A stretch of DNA of 64,000 bases, taken from Eledone cirrhosa. Lineage: Eukaryota. Shown here in pieces: positions 13,287 to 25,294 of the stretch (its first letter is position 1; each line of letters opens with the position of its first letter). The stretch spans positions 4,712,001 through 4,776,000 of the forward strand of contig OZ024740.1 in NCBI GenBank assembly GCA_964016885.1, written 5' to 3'. The notes below the pieces were generated by a model that saw only the letters and a list, made by a program, of their open reading frames with translations, did not search any database and was not told the DNA's origin. Both the position numbers and the translations under genes were made by a program.

Positions 13287-16200
13287 TCTCGCTCGGTTAA
13301 TTATGGCCGAAATTCTAGGATTTTATAAAATAACCTTACTGCTCCCTCCTATTCTTCACCCCTCCCCCTATATATCGTATACGCGCCTGCTGGTTCTCTT
13401 TCAATCCCTTCCTCTCTCTCCAAATATAAAATGAACCTGTTGCGAGGTACGAAACTCAGAATCTGGCTAGACCGCTCGCTCGCTCCTCTGTGAAAAGTAA
13501 TGAACAAATGCTATTTTCTTTTCTCTTCCCTCACTCTTCCGCGGTCCATTCATCTATCTGTATCATATCGTCCAGAATCCAATATTTGCTTTTTCAATGC
13601 TATTCGATAATTCTGTCTTATCGTTCAAAATAATCTTGTATTTTAAAATCCTATAATTCTTCTCTTATTACTGTTATATGCTCGTTCGATTATGGCCAAA
13701 ATTCGAGGATTTTATTTAAACCTTCTCGCTAACTACCCCATATCCCTCCTACCCGCCCACACTCGCCATCATTATTACTTGGACCAATCATAAGTCAGCG
13801 GCCTATGCTATCACTTCTTAAGTTTAGACCTGGATGCCTTTCGATATGATGGATGCACTACGGAATTCTGGAGAGTCTGAAAAATCTGGACACTCAGTGA
13901 CAATGCCAAAGATAAAGACAAATTCACCTCATGCTGCCGGACGAGAATGCAAGGACTCCTCCTCTTTATTTCGGCCATGGATGGCTAACATAACCCCATC
14001 TCCCTCACCCCTCCCTACGCCCCACAGTTCCCACCCACCAAACGCAATCCAAAACTTCAGAGTTGGTACCATGAATGTAGGCACCTTAAAAGGCCGCTCT
14101 AACGAGCTTGTAGAAATGCTTGAACATAAGGAGGTTGATGTCTGCTGTATCCAAGAGACCAGGTGGAGGGGTGGGTCTGTTAGATTCATTGTGGGTAAAA
14201 AACGATGCTAAAAGCTTTTCTGGGTGGGAAATGAGAATGGGCTGGGTGGAGTAGGAATCATGCTAGCAGAAAAATGGACAGATAAGATAATAGACGTAAA
14301 TAGAGTGAACGACAGGATAATTAAAATAAGACTTGTCCTCAATAGAACTACTGTGACAATAATATCTGCGTATGCACCCCAATCCGGACTGCCTGGCATT
14401 ATAAAAGACAGATTCTATGAGTCGTTAATGCTCACTACCTCCCAAATAACCGACAGTGGCTACATAATTATCGCTGGCGACCTAAATGGTCACGTTGGAC
14501 AACACTGTGACGGCTATGACGGAATCCATGGAGGCTATGGGTTTGGTACTAGAAATGAGGAAGGCTTCAGAATCCTGGAATTCTGTGACGCAAATAACCT
14601 AACTATCTGTAACACTAACTTCAAAATACGAGACAATCACTTGATCACCTATAGATCCGGGGAACACGCCAGTCAGATAGATTATATCCTTACCAGAAAA
14701 CGTGACAGAGTGTCTGTTGTAAACACTAAATTCCTCCCGCATGAAGAATGCACCTCCCAACATAGACTCATAGTTAGCGAGCTCATAGTCAGGACGAGAC
14801 ATACTCGACAACAGAGGAGGACAATCCCCAGGAGAAAAATATGAAAGCTAAAGGACCCCACAGCCAGTATTAAAGTTAAAAGCATATTACTTGATGCTTT
14901 TGACAGTAAGGAAGAGCAATTAGAGTCGTAGAATATAGAGGAACAGTGGGAATTCCTGAAAGCTAACCTGCTGAAGGCGACAGATGAAATCTGTGGCTGG
15001 AGCAGATCTATAGGCAGGAGGAGAGTAACGTGGTGGTGAAACAGTAAGGTGGAGGAGTCAATCAAGGCCAAAAAGCAGGCTTCGAAAGTATGGCAGGATG
15101 GGGGAAGTAGAGAAGACTATTAAGTGACCAGGAGGAAAGCTAGGAGACAAGTGTACTTCGCAAGAAGGGTAGCAGAGGAAAGAAAGTTCAAGCATGTTCT
15201 ACAACGGGAGGACCAAAAACGTGAGGTGTTCAGGATTGCTAGACAATGTGTGAAGGAGAACCGTGATATTGTCGGGGAGAAGTGTGTCCGTAATGATGAT
15301 GGTGTACTTGCCATCACTGACGCTGATAAGATGGTAGCTTGGAAGTGTCACTACGAAAGGCTACTAAATGAGGAGAATAAATGGGAGAAAGACAGTCTCC
15401 TCCACATCGATCCAATAGAGGGACGAGTTGATGGTAGTATAATAAGTAAGGGAATCAAAGATATGAAGACAGGCAAGGCAGCTGGGCCTTCAGAAATAGT
15501 TGCTGAAATGCTGAACGCATCTGGAATGGTGGGACACACTATGGTCACCCAGATAGTAAACCAAGTAATACAAAATGGAGTCGTACCAAAGGACTGGCGT
15601 AGCAGCATCATCATTAACTGCTACAAGGGTAAAGGAGATGCCCTAGATAGGGGAAACTATAGAGGCATTAAATTAATTGACCAGGTGATGAAGGTCACAG
15701 AAAAGGTAATAGCGCAACTAATCAGAGAGAGAATTGATCTAGATGAAATGCAGTTCGGGTTTGTGTCAGGTAAAAGTACCACAGACGCTCTTTTCATTGT
15801 ACGAAAACTACTGGAGAAGTACCTAGCTAAAAGTAAACCCCTATACTTAGCTTTTGTTGACTTGGAGAAAGCCTTTGACAGAGTCCCACGCCCCATTATC
15901 CGCTGGGCTCTCAGAAAACTAGGTGTTGATGAATGGCTTGTGAGAGCTATACAAGCCATGTATAAAGAAACAGTCAGTAAGGTTAGAATTAACAACAAAT
16001 ATAGTGAAGAGTTTAGCGTAAAAGTTGGTGTTCATCAGGGCTCCATCCTTAGCCCCTCCTATTTATTATTGCTCTTCAGGCTATAACAGAGGAGTTCAAG
16101 ACCTGCTGCCCATGGGAACTCCTATATGCAGATGATCTAACGCTCATAGCTGAATCAATGGCTGAACTAGAGAAGAAATTCCAAACATGGAAGCATGGCC

Positions 16201-17435
16201 TAGAATCAAAAGGCCTTAAAATTAACCTGTCTAAGACTAAAGTTCTAGTATGTAGGAAGGGAAATAGGACATTGGCCCCATCTGGGAAATGGCCATGCTC
16301 AGTGTGTAGGCAGAAACTTCATTTTATGTCGCAAATGCAAAGTAGAGGTACATAAAAGATGTAGTGGGATCACAGGTAAGCTATCTAAGAACATAGATTT
16401 TATATGTGGCCGGTGCTCTGGTGCAATAAGTAGCAGCAAGTGCCCACAGAATACTAGCTCATTCCATTGCACAGATGGTTCTATAGAAATAGTGGACACC
16501 TTCTGTTACCTGGGTGACAAAATCAGTAGTGGGGAGGGTGCTCTGAAAGTACAGTAGCTAGAGTCAGAACGGGATGGAAAAAGTTCAGAGAGCTTATACT
16601 ACTATTGGTCGCTAAAGGTTTCTCTCTAAAAATGAAAGGCAGGCTGTATGATGCCTGCACACGGACAGCAATGTTACATGGCAGTGAGACCTAGGCATTG
16701 TGTGCAGAGGATATACGCAGACTGGAGAGAAACGAAGCTTGCATTCTCCATTGGATGTGTAATAGTAATATACATGAACTGCAAAGCATAAATGAACTAA
16801 GTGAGAGATTAGAGATGAGAGGGATCAGATGCTATTTACTCGAGAGAAGACTACGTTGGTTTGGTCACGTGATGCGCATGAAAGACGACAGCTGTATAAA
16901 AAAGTGCAGAGCGATCAAAATAGACAGTAGCCACGGAGTAGGCAGACCCAGAAAAACTTGGGACGATTTGATAAATTCCGACCTCACACACTTACACCTC
17001 TCCAAGACAATGTCACTGGACCGAGATCTTTGGCGCTACGCAGTAATACAGAAGACCCTCCTTGCCTAAGTACAAAGCGAAACCTACAGTCAGTAGGGAC
17101 CTCTTTACCAAAATACACCCCCAGCCCACTACACCCACCCAATCCACACCACCTCTTTCGATGTAAAGTTATGTTGGTACCAAGACATCCAGTCCTAAAT
17201 AAATGAGGTCGTGTAGGTGTCACGACAAAAAAACTCAGTCCACGCTGTAATGTGGCCGTGTAGGTAACACGGTAAAAACCCCCCAGTCCACACTGTAAAC
17301 GTGGTTGGTGTTAGGAAGAGCATCCAGCCGTAGAAAACCCGCCAGACAGTCCTATACGAGCAAGACAACCAATCTTGCCTTAAGTGGGAAAATTCCCGTC
17401 CAAACCCATGCAAGCGTGGAAGATGGACGTTAAAC

Positions 17436-17467
<32 letters not shown>
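13287..17467 (+). mobile_element. Near full-length decayed RTE-clade LINE
   Basis: Putative 5' UTR with an internal repeat (13288/13681), APE+RT ORF remnants, 3' UTR, (GAT)n tail. Confidence 0.92.
13834..17069 (+). pseudogene. RTE ORF: AP endonuclease + reverse transcriptase, disrupted
   Basis: APE motifs GTMNVGTL, CIQETRW, YAPQ, GDLNGHVG, SQIDYIL; RT motifs NYRGIKL, QFGF, DLEKAFDRV, GVHQGSILSP, YADDL; stops at 14209 and 14842 plus frameshifts. Confidence 0.93.
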
Positions 17468-17468
<1 letters not shown>

Positions 17469-17470
17469 AC

Positions 17471-17960
17471 AATTCAAGAAAGAAGAGTGACATGGTTGGC
17501 TGTACAATATGGGCTTTATTCACATTGCTGACAATTGTTTCTTTGATCTGGTAGGTCTAGAGTTCGCTTCTCGCTTGATGTTGTGTCAATCGATCTCCAA
17601 TACTTTGTTTATAACTAGTCGTTTTCATCAGAGTGTGTGAAAGTCACTTTCACACACTCTGAGGAAAACTACTGGTTATAAACAAAGTATTGGAGATCGA
17701 TTGACACAACATCAAGCGAGAAGCGAACTCTAGACCTACCAGATCAAAGAAACAATTGTCAGCAATGTGAATAAAGCCCATATTGTACAGCCAACCATGT
17801 CACTCTTCTTTCTTGAATTATTATTACTACAAGTATAAACTACAGACTAATCACCGCGAATTCGCAGCATCACTATGGAAACGTCTTGTTGAGTCAAACT
17901 AAGCCATACGTTAACACCATCCACTACACGGAGTACTCTAACTGGACTACATCTAAATGT
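17471..17960 (+). mobile_element. PLE pseudo-LTR remnant forming a 349-bp palindrome (related to 46031-50434)
   Basis: Arms 17471-17644 and 17646-17819; right arm continues to 17960, matching the pLTR at 50134-50402. Confidence 0.9.
17653..17769 (+). ncRNA. Hammerhead-like motif with 83-nt helix II insert (mirror copy on - at 17521-17637)
   Basis: CTGAGGA 17659-17665 ... GAAACAATTGTC 17749-17760; the minus arm reads CTGATGA. Confidence 0.6.
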
Positions 17961-18063
17961 ATATATATATATGTCTATATATATATCCTCATAAGTAGGC
18001 CGAATTTGCTTGCAAACCACCAGAGATTCGATTTTACTAAATATCCAATTATATATACATATA

Positions 18064-18559
18064 TCATCATCATCATCATTTAACGTCCATTTTCCACGCT
18101 AGCATGGGTCTGGACGGATATTGTCCCACTTGAGGCAAGATTGGTTGTCTTGCTCAGGACTGTCTGGCGGGTTTTCTACGGTTGGATGCCCTTCCTAACA
18201 CCAACCACGTTTACAGTGTGAACTGGGAGGTTTTAACCATGTTACCTACATGGCCACATTAGAGCGTGGACTGTGTGTTTTATTGTCGTGACACCTACAC
18301 GTCTGGCGGGTTTTCTACGGCTGGGTGCCCTTCCCAACACCAACCACATTTACAGTGTGTAATGGGAGATTTTTACCGTGTTACCTACACGGCCACATTA
18401 CAGCGTGGACTGTGTGTTTTTTTTGTCATGACACCTACACGACCTCATTTGTTTCGGACTGGATGTTGTGGTACCAACATAACTTCACATTTAAGGGGGT
18501 ATTGTGGATGGGGCGGGGGTAGTGGGATGGGGGTGTATTTTGTTAGAGGTGCCTACTGA

Positions 18560-18562
<3 letters not shown>
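18064..18562 (-). mobile_element. RTE 3' UTR fragment with internal duplication
   Basis: Reverse complement of 17088-17450; GTCTGGCGGGTTTTCTACGG duplicated at 18162 and 18301. Confidence 0.88.
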
Positions 18563-18630
<68 letters not shown>

Positions 18631-18713
18631 TATATATATATATACATTTATATATATATATATATATATATACGATATTAAATAAATGGAAACTATATTT
18701 ATAAAACCATATT

Positions 18714-18778
18714 TATTTCATTATACATATTTCAGGGATACCAAATTAAAATATGGCATGCCTTCGTCAGATAAAATA
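18714..18778 (-). ncRNA. Type I minimal hammerhead ribozyme
   Basis: UAUUUUAU-CUGACGA-AGGCAUGCCA loop UGGUAUCCCU-GAAAU AUGU AUA-AUGAAAUA; 8-bp helix I, 9/10-bp helix II. Confidence 0.8.
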
Positions 18779-20206
18779 CAATATATAAACAGTTTTATAA
18801 ATAATTTTGACGTACCCTATTAGAAGCGACCATTATTTTTGGAAGCTGTCTGGATAGTGAGATGTTTATAATTATTTTATTAGTTATAGTGTTAAGCACA
18901 GTTAGAAAAAAAGACGGAGAGAAAGAGAAAAAAACGGAGAGAAAGAAAAAACGGAGAGAGAGAAGGAGAGAGAAAAAGAAGGAGAGAGAGAAAAAAGAAA
19001 GATATATATAAATGAAAAAGAAAAAAGAAAGAAATAAGAAAGGCAAAAGAAAGCAACAGAGAGATAATAATTCATCATACAAATAGAGAAACTCAAGAGA
19101 GAGGAAGTACTATATAGAGAGAAGAGGATACAGTGACAACTTTACGTCATGTCATATTAAGTTGAATTAACAATTCATATGAAATGAATAATAAAAATGC
19201 AAATATCAATATTCATGAATGAGACATAGATATATAATATGAGAAAATAACATTGTTCAATAATGACCATATGTTTAGTTTAAAACTCTGAGGTCAATAT
19301 ACCAAAATCTGAGTTAAAGCCTTCAAAAATTACCCTATTTATAAAAATACGGATACATATATGTATATATATATACACGCATATGTACGTTCTGAAAAAA
19401 GAAAAAAGAGAAAATTATGTCTACTCTAGTCAATAATATAGACATACAAATGATTTCAGCTGATCACTTCTATACATTTCTTGTGTTATAAAAATTTCAC
19501 AGTATATATACATAAAATATACGATTAATATTCATGTCCTCACATACATGATTACCGTTCATGTATTTAATATTATGCACATCTGCAGCACACATCAACA
19601 TATACACACAGAACCATACATATACATATATATATGTATAAATAAATATCTGCGTGAGTTTTCCAGCATCGTTATGCACATATACAGACATATATACGAA
19701 CACATAAATAAACTCTATAAACCTTTTATATGCATGTTAATACACACAAATGGTCTTTGTATAGAGATAATCAAATATCAATATATTAATACAGAAATAT
19801 CAAAGCATTAAAATATCTTTAACACACTATAGAGTATCTCAAGCCAAAAGAATATGCTTCATATATTTATTATAGAAATCTATCCTACCTATATCTCAAA
19901 CAAGATATTGCAAGGGTAGACTTATGAAAGTTATTAGAGGCTATCAGAGTCAAAAAACAAATAAAAAAAACAAAAATTATTTAAAAGATTTAGAAGACCC
20001 AGTGAATTCTACGGATGCCTTTATATTTAGTATAGAGATTTATCTTACGTAAATTTTATTTAATACATTGGGAGCATATACACTTTAGAGTAGTTTATTA
20101 CATCTTTGTTTATATTTAGGAAGAAGGTTTAAAAAGAAAAAGGGGAAGGAATCAAATGATTTATCGTCAGGTTTCATATATTAACTAAATTTCTTAATTA
20201 ATTATA

Positions 20207-20650
20207 CTACATTTTAAATTTATATTTATATTTAAACGTTGAGTTCAATCTATGTCTGCAGCAAATGAATAAATTGCTCCTTAAATTAAGGGAATTTTTG
20301 GACTTTAATATAAAAAATATTTCCTCTACACAAAGATCACAAGTCTCTGATGAGGAATTAAAAGGAATCCCCTTTGAGACAATATTCCAAAACATCGAAT
20401 ATTTAACATTATCTCGTTTAAAGTGCCAGAGTAGGCTTGATAGCGAAGTTGAGGATTTTTCGTTTGGATCTGTGAAATAATTCTTATGATTATTGAAGCG
20501 AAGTTTAAATTCTGTCGAGGTGGAACCAACATAGTTGAAAGAATTTAAATTAGTTTTAACATTACAATTGTACACTACATTTTTAGCTAAGCAGTTGTTA
20601 TTTAACGGACAGTTAGATTTATTTCTACAGTTACAGTTATTTAGTTGAAA
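20207..20650 (-). pseudogene. GIY-YIG endonuclease domain of a Hydra-type PLE (no RT upstream)
   Basis: CNCRNKSNCPLNNNC (CxCx5Cx5C), VVY...YVGST..FKLRF..H, CDLCVEE, LNLR...CRH; open for about 147 codons; abuts (TA)n. Confidence 0.88.
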
Positions 20651-20656
20651 ATTTTA

Positions 20657-20692
<36 letters not shown>

Positions 20693-20722
20693 TAAAATTT
20701 TAGTCTTCAAATTTATTATTAT

Positions 20723-20777
<55 letters not shown>

Positions 20778-20781
20778 TATA

Positions 20782-21095
20782 TGGCCTTGCAATCGAAAGG
20801 TTGTGAGTTCAATTCTCAGGCCGGGTGATGTGTTGCTCCGTTGAGCAAGACACTTTATTTCACATTGTTCCAGTTTACTAAACTGTAGAAATGAGATGAT
20901 AGGACTGGGGTCCCTATCATTCCACTGTAAAGTGGACGTGGAGGTGCCACGGCAAAAAAGCACCCACCACTCACTGTAAATGAGGTTGGTGTTAGGAAGG
21001 GCATCCAGCTGTAGAAATCAAGCCAGAATCAGTTCCCGTCCCACCCTTGCAAACAGGGAAAAGCGGACGTAAAATGATGATGATGATGATGATGA
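20782..21095 (+). mobile_element. tRNA-head SINE with RTE-derived tail (family B)
   Basis: GAGTTCAATTC B box, TTGAGCAAGACACTTTA core, RTE 3' UTR and (GAT)n; same family as 30244-30578. Confidence 0.8.
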
Positions 21096-21332
21096 TATAT
21101 ATATAGGGACAGTTGATCGACTTTCATCAAATCGGACCGAGGAAACATTGTTTCCGTTAGTCTTTCCAGTTGCTAATACTATCTATCAGTCGCAACTCCA
21201 GTGTGTTGCTCAAGGATATATATATATATATATTTGTATATCAACATGAATGGACCTGTTATGTTTATCTAAAGACATTTTTTTCCAATTCCACCCTGCC
21301 CCGTCCCTTCAATCTATGTTATTTCTCATTCT

Positions 21333-21371
21333 TTCTTCTGATGAAGGACTAGCATCTGAAACGTTAAGACC
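21333..21371 (+). ncRNA. Minimal hammerhead-like motif
   Basis: CTGATGA-aGGActagcaTCT-GAAACGTTA with palindromic AACGTT helix III; helix I weak. Confidence 0.55.
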
Positions 21372-21450
21372 CTCTTCCTGCTATTTCAAGCATTAACCTA
21401 ATATATTCCTTCCATATACTGTACTGATTGTGTTGTTATTTCTGTTTACC

Positions 21451-21566
<116 letters not shown>

Positions 21567-21610
21567 GCTAGTGTGGAAAAATGGATGTAAAACAGTGATG
21601 ATATATATAT

Positions 21611-21698
21611 TATAAAGAAGAGAAAGGTTTTATGTATACATCATCTGTTTATTATATAATAAACAGATGATGTATACATAAAACCACCTGTCTTTATA
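21611..21698. repeat. Palindrome in (TA)n, probable pLTR remnant
   Basis: GGTTTTATGTATACATCATCTGTTTATTAT/ATAATAAACAGATGATGTATACATAAAACC; same sequence follows the hammerhead-like motif at 43465-43535. Confidence 0.85.
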
Positions 21699-21806
21699 GT
21701 ATTGACACTCTCTCTAATACTTTGTGGGTAATATTTTAAGGTATCCACTTCTATTTACACTACAGTTGCTGGATTAATTGCTCAACCAACGTTTCTTTAC
21801 TTGGAA

Positions 21807-21865
<59 letters not shown>

Positions 21866-21884
21866 GTTCCACAACAGTTAGTTC

Positions 21885-21927
21885 ACCGAGAACAATTATT
21901 TCACCTTAGAGAGATCATCAGCTTGGT
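21885..21927 (-). ncRNA. Minimal hammerhead-like motif in a 100-bp island between (TA)n tracts
   Basis: ACCAAG-CUGAUGA-ucucucuaaggu-GAAAU AAUU GUU-CUCGGU; helix II decayed. Confidence 0.6.
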
Positions 21928-21959
21928 TTAAATGAGATTATATGGAAAGGGAGAGAATT

Positions 21960-22031
<72 letters not shown>

Positions 22032-22032
<1 letters not shown>

Positions 22033-22871
22033 AAATTAAGATAAATCAAAGTGAATTTAATCTAAATCAAAATTATGGGTGTCATGCCCGAAAGGTATGC
22101 GTCATATCACTTGTGATTGTTTCATATGTTTATTTATATGTTAATCAATTTCTAGTTGTTATCTGGTTTATCTAAACTATTGAGCCCTTTGCCATGCATT
22201 TCGAAGATTGTGTTTCGTTATTTCGTAGGCCGAGATTCCGATTCTCGATAATTTATTTGTATTTATCTCCAGTCTTTAGCTATTGACCAGTTAATTTTAT
22301 TGATTTTTTAGTTGATCTTATTGACTGATGAATAGCTCTTGTTAATTTTAACCCGTCTGTTGAGAACTCTAATTCGATATGTGATATTTTGTATTTTTAC
22401 AAAAATATACACATTACTGAATTCATTCGCCTAATATAGGGGTTCCCACGTGCGTTTAGTAACGGGTGCCTCTGTATTTTTGAACGAAATGCCTGCTGAG
22501 AAAGCGGTTTCCTCGTTCGTCTCTTTGCCAGAAGTCAGATATATTTTTATGTGGGCTGACGGTAATTGATTAAGGAACCGCAGAAACCCAAAAAGCTAGA
22601 ATTTAACATCCTTCTAGCGGGTCCGGGTAAGATTTTACATTCATTTAATTTATTAATTTATTAATTTATTATTTGTATGACCCGAATTTTCCTGGTCGTT
22701 TTTTCGGCTGTGCGAATGATTTTAAGCATTGTCTCTATGTGTTGGTATTTAAACGATAGTTATAGCTCTGGTTTATCCAAACTATTGAGCCCTTTGCCAT
22801 GCATTTCGAAGATTGTGTTTCGTTATTTCGTGGGCCGAGATTCCGATTCTCGATAATTTATTTGTATTTAT
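22032..22871 (+). mobile_element. Non-coding element with 105-bp direct repeats, in (TA)n
   Basis: 22162-22266 is nearly identical to 22767-22871 (period 605); TA tracts on both flanks; strand is a guess. Confidence 0.65.
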
Positions 22872-22947
22872 ATATATATATATATATAAATTAAATTAAT
22901 AAAAACAATGAGATAAAGACAAAGAACAAGCTCCTTATATTAAAAAA

Positions 22948-23088
22948 TTCATAATTTTACGATCGTTTCTAGGATATATATGTATGTTGGTCTGTATATC
23001 ATGTTTAAGATCTATGTAAAAATATTACAAATTATCAGAGGAAATATACATACCTTCACATATACATGCCATCCTCAGAAATGATGAG
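22948..23088 (-). ncRNA. Hammerhead with 102-nt helix II insert
   Basis: CUCAUCAUUU-CUGAGGA ... GAAACGAUCGUA-AAAUUAUGAA. Confidence 0.7.
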
Positions 23089-23748
23089 ATGTGTTTATTG
23101 AAAAAAACAAAGAATTAATATAAAAAGTCTGTTTGGGAACAGGTTTTGAATTGACCAATAGAAAGGAGTTAGAGGTCAAGTTGATAGAATAACAGTAGTA
23201 GAAATTAAATCTAGGTTTCTTATTCGAAAATATAATTCCCTACAGGGAAAACTTCATTCTAACCACTCTAACACAATACAATACTTACACAAACTTTAGT
23301 ATTTTCTTACCTATATAATATTTTATCTATATTTAATCTAAATTTTACTTCCATTTGGTTCCATTTATATTCCTCTACTTATTATTATATATTTTTAGAA
23401 CAAATTATTCCTCTCAACAAAGAAATAACAAACATTTTAAGATTATTCTATACCATTCTACTTGATGTAACACACTAATCTCAGTACCCTTTTTCCTCCA
23501 ACCGTAATCTTCTTTGACCATAAACACTTTTATATACAATATGTCTAAATTCATTTACACTAGCAACTTTCATTTCTTTTCTTAAAAGTCATTTGACACC
23601 TCATCCCCTGACTTATTTATTCATCTACTACTACCAACTTAAGGATCTATACTGCCCATTCCTATTCTTACTATTGGTCAACCTCAACCTGGTTATAAAA
23701 CCTTACTTATTCATATGTATGTCATTTTGTATTCTTCAATAAATAAAA

Positions 23749-23890
23749 CTCATTATTTCTGAAGACAGCGGGTAGTGAAGACGTATGTATATTTTCTTAC
23801 TTTGATATTTTGTAATATATTTTATATAGTTCAATAATAGAATGGACATATGGGGGAACTACACCCCAGAAACGATCGTAATATAATGAG
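23749..23890 (+). ncRNA. Hammerhead with 103-nt helix II insert
   Basis: CTCATTATTT-CTGAAGA ... GAAACGATCGTA-ATATAATGAG; 9/10-bp helix I, palindromic helix III. Confidence 0.75.
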
Positions 23891-24986
23891 TTTTACTATG
23901 AATTAACCGTTTTTTGTTTAATTTCATTGTTTTAATATTTCTTTTTCCGTTTATCGTTTTCGGTGCAACAAGCCGATTAACCCAGTCGATATGCAAATTA
24001 GGCTGCTCAGCCGTTAATATGCATAAGGAAAGTATATACTTTCAGACGTTCAATCATCTGGAAGGAAGGTATACGTTGCTGGCGATAGCTAATAAGCTTG
24101 AAACTAGTACAGCGTTCCTTTGTCAGTGTTGAACAAACGAGCAACGATGGTTACTAGACACTGTACGGCTTAATTCGGGATGTTTATTTACAAACACACC
24201 GAGCATTATAATAAATGTTCGGTGAATCCATACGTACATATATATATGTGTGCATGTATGTATATATATATACATACTACTGTACGTCTGTATACATATA
24301 TGTATGTATGTATACATCCTTATATATATATATATATTAGTATGGTACCAGCGATAGGGAGGTTGTCATGTCTTTGATATGACTACAGAGTCCTCCAGTA
24401 CTTTGGAAAGTTTTCTACAACTAGATGTTGCCCTTCCTGTGTTTTTGTGAATTATTTACCTGATATGACACTGGCAAGAGATGAGTTGCTATGAAGCTAT
24501 GATATAAGACACCTTTCTCAATATACCAAACAGTAGGGATTGAATCCAGATCTGCGTGACTCATTGACGCAGTCGACAACTCTCATTTGTATGTACAGAA
24601 AAGACTAGATACACAATAGTAAATATGTATTGGTGGAATTGTAAAGTGACCATCATCATCATCATCATTGTTTAATGTCTGCTTTCCCTACTAGCAAGGG
24701 TTGGATGGGTGTACATAGACCAAGTCAATAGTGAAGTGGAGCTACTGACCTCCAGACATGTCAGTAGCTCTGTATCTTGCTTATGTAGTTATATTTGGCA
24801 GTCTTTAGGACATTGGTTGCTGTATTTCTAAACTGAGTTCAAATCTGGGGTTCACTTTGTTTTCCATCCTTTTAGAGATGATCAAGTACCAGACCAGAGA
24901 TGGCGCAGCCCTTTCTCTTTCAAACAATCACGTTCTGCTGAATCAAAGTAGAGAGGGTTTCTTTGTCTGCTTATGATTGTTTGGGC

Positions 24987-25294
24987 ACAGAGTTTGATTT
25001 TTAGACCTTCAGCGGCCTGGGGCATTTCAAGTTTGGCAGGGCCCTTCATACACAAAATATTAGAATACACAGCAAACCCCCAATTTTACATATCAAAGTT
25101 AGCTTGGTGTAAGTAATTGCAATGGAAAAGTTATACATACAGGTATTAAATTAAAAAAACTCTAACCATCCTAAAACTAAAAAAGCCCAGCTGAAGGCAC
25201 AAATAAATTGCTATGGGAGTCTCTGGTGGGGCCTCCCCACTGCAGGGGGCCCGAGGCATTTTCCCCCTTTGCTACCCCATTAAATCTGGCCCTG
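24987..25294. mobile_element. Possible old hAT-like MITE
   Basis: Right end TAAATCTGGCCCTG with a decayed left end CAGAGTTTGATTTTTAG; subterminal GGGGCCC motifs. Confidence 0.35.
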
